Origin: Paragordius varius
Taxonomy: Eukaryota; Animalia; Nematomorpha
NCBI GenBank assembly: GCA_964247055.1
Contig: OZ176055.1
Span: forward strand, 4,030,001 to 4,094,000
Direction of reading: 5' to 3'
Length of the DNA: 64,000 nt
Below are positions 16,268 to 26,079 of this stretch, piece after piece. The notes under the pieces were generated by a model, which was not told where the DNA came from, did not search any database, and saw only the letters and a list, made by a program, of their open reading frames with translations. How positions within the stretch are numbered: the stretch's first letter is position 1; the number at the start of each line of letters is the position of its first letter. The position numbers and the translations under genes were made by a program.

Positions 16268-16520
16268 TTATTTATTGATATGTGCTCGGCATTCTTTTAA
16301 TATGAAACCTAAGTCCGCATTGATAGGCCTGTTTGCTATTCTTTGCAGAAATCCATGTGGGATTATTTCTAACAGTTTAAAAGAGGGTCCATTCTTCTAA
16401 TATATCGTTTATATAATTAAAAGTAAATAAAGCTCATAATACGCGATTTAACACTCCGTTCCCTTTAGAGGTAGTTAAATTCAAGAGCCATTTGAAATTC
16501 TTATTAAGCCAAATAATATG
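16268..16520 (-). CDS. Candidate last two exons of an unidentified gene
   Basis: Exons 16520-16443 (HIIWLNKNFKWLLNLTTSKGNGVLNR) and 16396-16268 (KNGPSFKLLEIIPHGFLQRIANRPINADLGFILKECRAHINK*) are joined by a 46-nt phase-0 GT-AG intron. No homology recognised; upstream exons unresolved. Confidence 0.3.
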
Positions 16521-16589
16521 CTTTCTTTAGTCTTTTAGGAACATTACAAAAAATTTTTATCAAACAAATGTAAAAAGTAAAAAAAATCC

Positions 16590-16790
16590 TCATCTCAAAC
16601 TTTTTGTCGCCTGTTTTTTGCTTTAAATTTTTTAAATTGCTAAAAGATGCAAATAAATGTATATTATGGTAAAAAATCTTAATAATTAACTTTAAAAAGC
16701 TTTCAGGTTACATTTTTCCAGCAAAAACCTGATATATTATGATTTTAATATCAGCTGTTCCTTTCACTCGTGTTTTGGAGCTGACCCAAT
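16590..16790. repeat. Dispersed repeat family I
   Basis: Similar to ~13500-13690 and ~43075-43270 (tctcaaactttt.t.g.cgcc...aagcttt...ttaccagc...ttttaat..cagctgtt). Termini not defined. Confidence 0.55.
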
Positions 16791-17743
16791 CTTAGTACTA
16801 GTTACACTGTAAAAATTATAAACTTTTTCTCTAATAGATGAAAACAATGTTTTGTAATTAGATAATAATGAAAATAACTTTCATTACTGTAATTTATTTA
16901 CGAAATTGCCGGAAGATAATACTACCACTAAGGGTAAACTAGAACAAAAAATGGAAAGGTAATAAAGAGTTAAGTATAATTATAATAGAGACATGGTACT
17001 TGCCTGTTTGGCCTAACTGCATAGAGGAAGCTGCATCCTAGATCAGCTATCATGATGACCAGGGTAACGTTTAGGGATTCATTATAATTAATATAAATTA
17101 ATGGACTAAATATTTACCAAATTTTACAAAAAGGATATATATAATATTTTAGCGATGGACCACATTTCAATTTAAATGGTAAAATACCCCATTCTAGCAA
17201 GTAAAAATTAAGCCACTTGGTATATCATATCTATTTTAAATCCAAAGCATCGTTCAATTTATATCGAATAATATTAACCAAATTATATGGACGCAATATA
17301 TTTGTGTTTAGTATCCAAATGCTTACATTTTAATTTATAAATCTAACAAGCATTGATCTTAAAAAACGAATAATTCAATGCTATCAATGATTGCATATGA
17401 TACCTATAATCAGCGATAATGCGTAGTAAAAATATTTAAAAACTTATGTTCTTGTATATATAATTAATGTTCTCCAAAATTAAACGGTATAATTATTATG
17501 TTGTTAATTTAATAAATTTTATGTTAAAAAAAGACAAATTATTTACCTATTTTATTTTACTGAATTTTATAGTATCATAAAAGCAGATAATTATCATGCG
17601 CTCGCTGTTCAAACAACGATGAGCAAAATGCTGATCTGGTTTTGTTTGTTTAGGGATGGTAAAAGCGTGTATAAATAAGGTATAAACAAATTTGAACTTT
17701 CAATATTTCCAATATTTTTTTATTATTGTTTGTTATTACATAA

Positions 17744-20700
17744 ATGGAAATTTGCCCATTTTATAGTCGAATAGGCGCTTGCAGACATGGTGAAACTTGT
17801 ACAAGGCAACATGATAGGCCTGATTATAGTCGAGTATAATTGTAAATTATTTTTTAGACTATTTTGATTACCAATTTATATATAAATCCCAAGCATGCAA
17901 TCCAATCTCAACGAATAAGTAACAATATTTTTAATTTGAGTCGGAAATTTGCCACAAAATACCACAACTGATGAAGAGGAGCAATCATATTTTGATGACT
18001 TTTTTGAAGAAGTTTTTAAGGAATGTTTTGAAAAGGTAATTTTATTTAATATATTTATTGCATCATTATTCTTGGTAATCTATTATAAAATATGATGCGA
18101 ATTGGTTTTAAAACGATCGCTTAATAGGATTTAAAATTGTTATTGGCTAAATGTTTAAAAATTTAATCGAATTAATTGGTTTTAATTGTTTATTAATGTT
18201 TAACTATAACTTTAATCGGTAAGGCTAATTTAGCAAATACATATTTTGTTTTTTTATTGCTATTTAACCACTAACAATATCTGTTACTTGTTAATGAATT
18301 GTATATAATAATGGTATGAACATTTTTGGAGTTATAGATTGCACATGATGCATCATCTACCTATAAATAAATTACAATTTTACAAAATATATTTAGACTT
18401 TCCGCCAGTAGTTGAATATTTAATATGCAATAATATTTTTAGTCATATATTTAACTATTTCTCCTTCACCCAATGAGTATTGTAAATCGCCTTCAGATTA
18501 AACCATAAATAATTTCAATTAATTTTATATGTTTTTCACACTTTGAAGTAATATTCACCAAAAATATTTTAGGGGGCCAAATAAAATCTTTTTTCTGACT
18601 CAATATCCGTACTTCAAACAGGCAAACATGGCATAAAACATGTGTAGATTTTGATACTTTAAGTAAAAATAAATGAATAGCCAAAGCAAGGGTACGGCTT
18701 TGATTACCCTTGCTTTAGTACATCAATGCTGAATTTTATTTTTGATTATTGAACCCCTTACATATTTTACATAATATTTAATTGAAAACAGGCGTAAACA
18801 TGATGAATTTACTATTTTTCTTAAAGTGTTTATCTATCTTTTAATGGGTTCAATATTGTTATGGTGTTTGAATTATATTTTTTTAATTGATTAGTATGGG
18901 GAGATTGATGAAATGAACGTTTGTGGCAACCTTGGAAAACATTTATATGGAAACGTTTTTATAAAAGTAATTTGATGATCGCATTTTACGCATAACCTTG
19001 AACTGTGACTCATGTTTTTCACATAACAGTTATATGATATACCATTTACAGCTCAAATTCACCCTTAAACAATTCATATTCACCCCTGAACAATTCAAAT
19101 TCACCCTCTAACAATTCAAATTCACCCTTGAACAATTCAAATTCACCCTAAAAATAAATTATGTGTTTTCGAACTAATATAACCCATTATTAATGAGAAA
19201 TATATCTTTATGGCATAGTTTATTATTTTTTCAGTCTTATTTAAATTTAAAACAAAATTTTTATTTTTTAAAAATATATAAAAATAATGGGTAATTTTTA
19301 ATCTAAAAACATATTTTATTTGAGGGTGAATTTGAATTGTTTAAGGGTGAATTTGAATTGTTCAAGGGTGAATTTGAATTGTTCAAGGGTGAATTTGAAT
19401 TGTTTAAGGGTGAATTTGAATTGTAAATGGTATATCTTAATGTTTGATTTTTATATTTATGGATATTTAGAAACAAAAATAAGTTTTTAAATCAAACACG
19501 ATATTTTTATTTTAAATTAAATAAACATTTCTCAAATGCGTTTTTAAAACAATTTAGTTTCAAAGAAGTAAATATGCACAAAAAGCCTACCTTGACCTCA
19601 ATAATCGATGGTTTGGAGGAAGGGCTATGAATGTCGAACTTTCTCCTGTCCTTGATTTTTATGGGGCTTGTTGTCCACAATTTGATCGCGGGTATTTTAT
19701 AAGATGTTTACAGTTTTTTTGATTTTGTACAATTTTGTCGTTTGTAGGCATACAATAAAGAAGGGGCTTTTGATTTGATTTAACATTGGCATAACCTAGA
19801 TTATAATGATATTTTAATGAAGGTGGTCTATATACAAAAATTATATTATCCCTTTAAAAACGGTGTCATACTTTATAAATTTTATTATTCTTCTTCTTAT
19901 TCAAATATAGTTGTTTAGTAAATTAAATACGGATAGCTGCGAATCTTGCTAACGGTAAATTTGAATGTTTTTTAACCTAATAATCTTATATTTTATTTGC
20001 ATGGTATTATGTGTAATATTGAAAATTAAATATTTTTTTATTGGTCTTTAGTCAACAAAGAGTAGGGTCAAAGTTTAATATATCAAATCTTGTTTTTATA
20101 AAATAAGATTTCTGTATTAAGTAAATGCAGGAATTAGTTTTTGTGATTAAATTAAATCCACAGAGCAATGTTTTTTAACTTAGAATGATTATTGATATTA
20201 TATGTTGATTTTTTATTATTTTAGGGATTAATTTAATTATTTCTGCCGATAATAATATTTAAAAATCCTTTTTTATCAAAAGACATAAATGCTTATTGTA
20301 CAAAAATAATCCTCGCTAAAAGGCTATCCAGTATATTTATAATAAATTTTATCATTATTATAAAAATCCAAATCATAACACAATTTTTCTATATAATTTT
20401 AAATCAACACCTAGGCAAACATATTATTCATATTTTATAAATAAGAATAAAACGGTGTAAACAAAAGTCTATTTAATGTGTTCTTTATGAAATAGTAGCG
20501 ATATGCTAGGAGGTATGCATTTATTTCTCAATATTCTACATTATATAATGGGCTTTAATACTTTATATAAAATATTTATTATGTTATCGTCCCTTCTTCT
20601 AATATAGCGAATGTCAACGAGGTGATTTTTGTAATTTTATGCATTTAAAACCCATATCAAAAACGCTCGAAAAACGAATCGAACACTATTTGTCAGAGTA

Positions 20701-21470
20701 TGAACGCCAAATTAAACGTGAATATAAACGGTCCAAACATCATAAACACAGTAGTCGATCATCCAGTAGATCTAGTAGTAGGAGTTCTTCAAATTTTTCA
20801 ACTTCTGCCTCAAGTGATAATTCACATTCGAATGACTCTAGAAAAAACCGTACTTCCAAAAAACGCTCACATAAACATCGAAGCCACAGTGGATCCCGTA
20901 ATGCCCCTACGAGACGAACACCAGATTATGGGTGAAAAACTTATTTATTTTTATAACTCGCTGTATTTTTGATAAATGTTTTTACGTTTCAAAGCATTTT
21001 TTCTTTAATTATGATGTATTTACGCCTATACCACTTTGGAAAAGGCGCAAAGTGGATTTAAAATGCATTATTTTTTATTACTAATTTTTTAAGGCAGGAC
21101 TGTAATTTTCTAAAAAAATATTGATATTTTGACATTTTATAATATATATGGTCTTGATCTTTGATTTTATTATTTTTAATGTAAATTTGCCATTTATTGT
21201 GTACTTAGCCATAAAATTGAAACGATCGATATTGAGAAAGAGGATGATATCGATAATAAAATTGGAGATAAAGATAATATGCAAGATTTCATTGAATCGC
21301 AACTTGATAAAATTCCCAATAAAAGTTTGGTTGCCAAAAAAGGAATGCCCACATCCCCGCCAAAACCTAAGAAAATTAAGAGGGACAATGAAAACAAGAA
21401 CAAAGATTTGAGCCAGCAAACGTCCCTAGTTGCTGCCTATTTTCAACAAACAGATTCTGATTCCGAATAA
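17744..21470 (+). CDS. U2AF1: Divergent U2AF small subunit (U2AF35/U2AF1-like), ~345 aa
   Basis: Exons 17744-17833, 17858-17918, 17941-18035, 18895-18966, 19558-19691, 20608-20931, 21209-21470 (1038 nt, phase-consistent). ZnF1 [20 protein letters not shown]; [51 protein letters not shown]; ZnF2 [20 protein letters not shown]; S/R/K/H-rich tail. Orthologue versus paralogue is unresolved. Confidence 0.92.
17834..17857 (+). other. 24-nt spliceosomal intron
   Basis: GTATAATTGTAAATTATTTTTTAG, phase 0; contains an in-frame TAA; it is the only GT-AG solution joining DRPDYSR to [11 protein letters not shown]. Confidence 0.85.
17919..17940 (+). other. 22-nt spliceosomal intron with GAG acceptor
   Basis: GTAACAATATTTTTAATTTGAG, phase 1; removal restores the frame into [17 protein letters not shown]. 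Confidence 0.75.
19037..19435. mobile_element. Foldback-like MITE family B, young copy (in U2AF35-like intron 4)
   Basis: Perfect terminal ATATACCATTTACA/TGTAAATGGTATAT; 4-5 copies of the ~20-bp unit per arm. Confidence 0.88.
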
Positions 21471-22399
21471 ATTTTGACATAAACTCTGAAACGCGACTTT
21501 TTAAATGATTAAAATATTGAATGCATATACATCATTATTTATATGGCATATAGTAACGTTATCACTTAATATATCATTTTTCTAGTCTGATAATGGGTAA
21601 GGGTCCTATTTGCACATTTAATTTATTATATTTATGGCTAAATAAATTTATTTGTACATGTATGTAATATCTTGTATTGTAGTGTATCCCCTAAACTCTT
21701 GTAAAATAGTGAACTTCCTAATAAATAAAATTTCTCGGCCGGTATGGTATACCTTATAGGATGATCAAATATAGCTGTTTTGTTAGCAGAAGATGTAAAC
21801 CCTTACTGTAGCATACGTTGCATTGCAATTTAAACCCTCTACCTTTATCTTTATGATGTTCTAGGAGAAATTAGTTAAAGGGAAACTTTATCTTCGTCGC
21901 CGGCTAAAGCTAATATTCCTGCGGGAGAGTACTAGATTATTTACGTTTAAGAAGTAAGATTTTCAAAATGTAACTGATTTTTAGTGCCTTATAAAAAGGA
22001 AAGTAATATTTTTAGAAATTATTTTTTTATGTAGGCGTAATATGAGCTAGTTATAAAATAATGCCGAGATTGCGCGATAATTTGAAATATATGCTAAATT
22101 TTAGTCTCAACTAATGTTTTTCATAATTTTGTAGAAAATTTATTTTTTAGAATTTTTGTTGTAGTGTACTTCATACTTTCTTAAGGCAGGGAAATGATAT
22201 AAAAACGCTTTAAAATATTATCAAAACACTTTTTCTATGTTCGATGTATTTAAAGGGTCTGCTTGAAATTTTTGGGGATTTTTCGCAAAAATTCACAATT
22301 TATATTTATAAATTGATGACGAACAAATATTTTTTATAAAAATTCTGAGGTGATAGAAATATTTAGCAACATTGAGTTAGCTTCAAATTTTGCTTAATA

Positions 22400-22770
22400 A
22401 TAAATCCTATGAATAAAGTATGCATATATTTAACATTTTTGCGCGATCTCGGCATTTTGCTTTTATTTTATGAAGCCTTTTTTAGAAGATTAAAAAAATT
22501 TGGGACTTTCGGCGCGCTGATGCAAAAATTAAAATTTAATATTATTATGCTTTTATATTTAGTTTATGATATATTTTGGTGATGTTTTTTAGAAAGAAGC
22601 ATTTAGCTCTCAACAAAAAAAATCTTTAAAAAATGTGCACAAATTCCGCTATTTTCTGATGCACTCGCCTGCGTAAATAACTTTCTTATAATAAGTGCCA
22701 TAAGGATCTAAACCAAAAGTACCAAGAAAATCTTGATACATTTTTTTATGAAAAATGTACACCGTGTCCC
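22400..22770. repeat. Dispersed repeat family G, probably a DNA-transposon remnant
   Basis: tttgggactttcggcgcgctgatgcaaaaatt and its flanks match ~33130-33400 in inverted orientation; a related motif occurs at ~7130-7240. Confidence 0.45.
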
Positions 22771-23530
22771 TAAAAATATTCTGATCTATATATCCGATAG
22801 GAAAATACATCAGGATTATCATTGTTGGTTTTGGTCCTTACGAGTAAATATGACTTTTTCGGGATTTTATATCCCACAATTAAAAATTTGATCAACTTAA
22901 AAAGTATTTTAGGTATTAAGCCGAATTATTTTTCTCTCAAACTTTTTCGCCATCATTTTTTCCTAAAACTTTTAACATTTCATTACTTTTTCACCTTTTT
23001 GTCCTCTCTTACCTTTTGGGATAGTTTAATACTCAATTTGTTAATGAAACTACCTATTGTTATTTTTGTATTTACTTTTCTTACTCTTGCTATAACTTAT
23101 CGAATATTTAAGATGGGAAAGCATGAAAAATCTACTCTGTCAATTCCGCATTAAGCTTAGTTAAAATTGAATTTCAATTAAATATTATATGTATTAAAAA
23201 AAACTTATTTTTTATAGTTTTGTGATTTCTAGAGTTTGAGATTGTGACAGCTACAAAACAAGATCGCAACAAACAGTTGATATTAAAATCGAAATATATA
23301 AAGTTTTTGCTTAACACTTCGATTCAAAATGGGGTATCTAAATACCCGAGACTAAATTTAAGTTAGGATTTTTAAAAAACTATTGTAATTCAAATTTATG
23401 CTTCTATCTCAATAAAAATTATATAAATATGCCAAAATATCTAAATAAAATTTTGTTTGAAAAAAAATTTCCATGTTAAACTACTTCGACGCCATTATTT
23501 TATAAACTTTTTGCAAAATATTGTCTTCAT

Positions 23531-24117
23531 TTAACACTTCGTTTTAAATTGGGGTATCTAAATACCCCAGACTAATGAGTTAGGATTTTTAAAAAATACT
23601 GAAGTAAACGGTCCCAATTTAAATTTATGCTTCTATGCTAATAAAAATTATATAAATATGCCAAAATATCTAAATAAAATTTTGTTTTGAAAAAAAAGTT
23701 CGATGTCAAACTACTTCGACGCCATTTTTATTTTACAAAATGTTTGGAAAATATCGTCTTCATTTAATTTTAAGGGTAAAATTAAAGCTAATTTTATATT
23801 TAAATTACATCTAACATTGATAGAAATAAAAAAAACTGTTTATTTTGTATTTTTTTTTAAATTTTACCATTGCACGCATGTCAGGTTGACTTAATTTTTA
23901 CCTTTCGGTTTTAGCTTAAAAAATGTAATAACAAGTATTGTTGAATAAATTTTTTTATATATTTCGGTTTATTAATGTTATATAAGTGCAAGTATTTGCC
24001 ATGGTTTCGATTCCTTCCATATTCTTTGAAGAATTTAATTTTAAACAGGCCTGGGGTATTTAACTACCCCAATTTGAATCGAAGGATTAAAATGAATGTG
24101 TTCTCTTCAAGTGTTAA
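23531..24117 (+). mobile_element. piggyBac-like MITE family A, nested copy, same orientation
   Basis: Complete ~580-bp copy bounded by TTAA at an internal cat-TTAA-ttttaaggg site of the outer copy. Confidence 0.88.
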
Positions 24118-24311
24118 TTTTAAGGGTAATAAAGCTAATTTTTTAAATTAAATTACATTTGACATTGATAGAAAAAGCGGCTTCTTTTGTAAAATTTTCA
24201 ATTATTGCACACATGTCACGTTCAATTTTTACCTTTCGGTTTTAGCTTAAAATAAGTAATCTCAAGTATTTATAAATAATTTTTTTATATATTTCGGTTT
24301 ATCAATGTTGT

Positions 24312-24896
24312 TTAACACTTGGATACAACACATTCATTTTAGTCCTTCGATTTAAATTGGGGTAGTTAAATACCCCAGGCCTGTTTAAAATTAAATTCTT
24401 TTAAAAATGTGGAAGGAATCGAAATTATGGCAAAATCTTGCACTTTTATAACATTAATAACCGAAATATATAAAAAAATTTACTCAAAAATACTTAATAT
24501 TACTTATTTTAAGCTAAAACCGAAAGGTAAAACTTTAGTCAACGTGACATGTGTGCAATGGTAAAATTAAAATAAGACTAAATAAACCGCTGTTTCTATT
24601 TCTATCAATGTTAGATGTGATTTAATAAAAAAACTAGCTTTAATTTTACACTTAAAATCAAATGAAGACGATATTTTGCAAAAATTTTGTAAAATCAAAA
24701 TGGCGTCGAAGTAGTTTGACATGAAACTTTTTTTTCAAAACAAAATTTTATTTAGATATTTTGGCATATTTATATAATTTTTATTAGCATAGAAGCATAA
24801 ATTTAAATTGGGACCGTTTCCTTCAGTAGTTTTTCAAAAATCCTAAATCAAATTTAGTATGGGGTATTTAGATACCCCAATTTGAATCGACGTTAA
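24312..24896 (-). mobile_element. piggyBac-like MITE family A, nested copy, inverted
   Basis: Complete reverse-complement copy bounded by TTAA; ~70 bp of the host copy is missing at the left junction. Confidence 0.85.
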
Positions 24897-26079
24897 ACAG
24901 GCCTGGGTTATTTAACTACTCCAATTTGAATCGTAGGACTAAAATGAATGTATTGTATCCAAGTGTTAATACAGCCTGAAAGCTGGATGTTATTTGCAAT
25001 TTCTAACCATATACATTTATTTGTATGCATTAGAGTTTTAAAAAATTAGGGTAAAAAATGGAGGGAAAAGGTTTAAGGTGAGTGTTTTTTTTAATTTTAA
25101 ATTTTATTGAAAAATATTGTGTTAAATGCTAATAAAAAGCTAAAAAAGCATATTTTTAGATTTAAAATAGGTTACTTGATATTAAAATTACAAATCGCTG
25201 TGGGATAAAGCTTTTCCAAATAATTTAGTGTTAATCATAAATACAACAGGCAAATAAATATGTTTAAATTAAATATAAATATTAAATTTAGAAAGCTTAC
25301 AAATTTCAATTTACTATTTAATTTTTTGTATTGATCCATTTAAATATCAACTTTTTGATCGTGTTTTAGAGCTATCTGAATTTGGGCTCTACAAGTCAAA
25401 AACTGCGATTAAGTTTATCTAATACAGGAGAAAAGGGTATGATAAATTTGTAAGTCAAACTTTCAAAACAGTTGTTTGTTTGGTATGGGGTAAAAAACTT
25501 TAAAATCACATCGCGTACAAGACAATGACCAGATACTTATATTATGGATAAGGTGACCAGACGTCCCGCTTTTGGCGGGACAGTCCCGCTTTTTCACACT
25601 TTGTCCCGCGTCCCGCTACGTTTTTAAAATGTCCCGCTTTTTCACGATTATATAAAAAAAATTTTTTTTAAATTTTTTATCATTAAATATCTTTAATCTA
25701 TTCAATATTAAATTAAAATTTTTTATTTTTAAATTAAAAATATTTATTTTTTTCGAATTTATATCATATGATTATACATGCTTCCTACTACTACTGTCAT
25801 CATTATCAAAAAGCCAAGTTATACCACAAATCTCTAGATTAAAAGACAAAATACCACAAATCGGCACCTTACAAGTTTATTCCAGAAAATTAAGGTAATA
25901 TAATATTTATTATACTATTATTTTAGTTTTATTACTACCCAACATTATTAAAAAGCCAAATTAATACCACAAATCGGTAGCTTAAAAGACAAATTGATAC
26001 CACAAATCGGTACCTTACACGTTTATTCCAGAAAATTAAGGTAATATAATATTTATTATACTAATAGTAGTTTATAAAT

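Larger units (their letters stand above)
23311..24969 (+). mobile_element. piggyBac-like MITE family A, outer copy interrupted by two copies of the same family
   Basis: TTAA-CACTT...AAGTG-TTAA termini; the internal sequence resumes after each insert. Confidence 0.85.

Noticed and set aside
16990-17030. TACTTGCCTG as a U1 snRNA 5' end
   Set aside because: No U1 stem-loops or Sm site follow.
15477-19435. CRISPR-like appearance of ~20-bp repeats
   Set aside because: The repeats are contiguous without unique spacers, sit in inverted arms, have no cas genes nearby, and the DNA is eukaryotic.
21081-21419. ORFs 21081-21419, 21148-21411, 21194-21403 and 20700-20972
   Set aside because: Alternative frames overlapping U2AF35-like exons 6-7.
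21885-21940. Helitron 3' end (GC patch then CTAG); also the hairpin GCACGAAATCGTGC at ~51257
   Set aside because: The first has no proper hairpin and the second has no CTRR terminus; no matching 5' TC end or second copy was seen.
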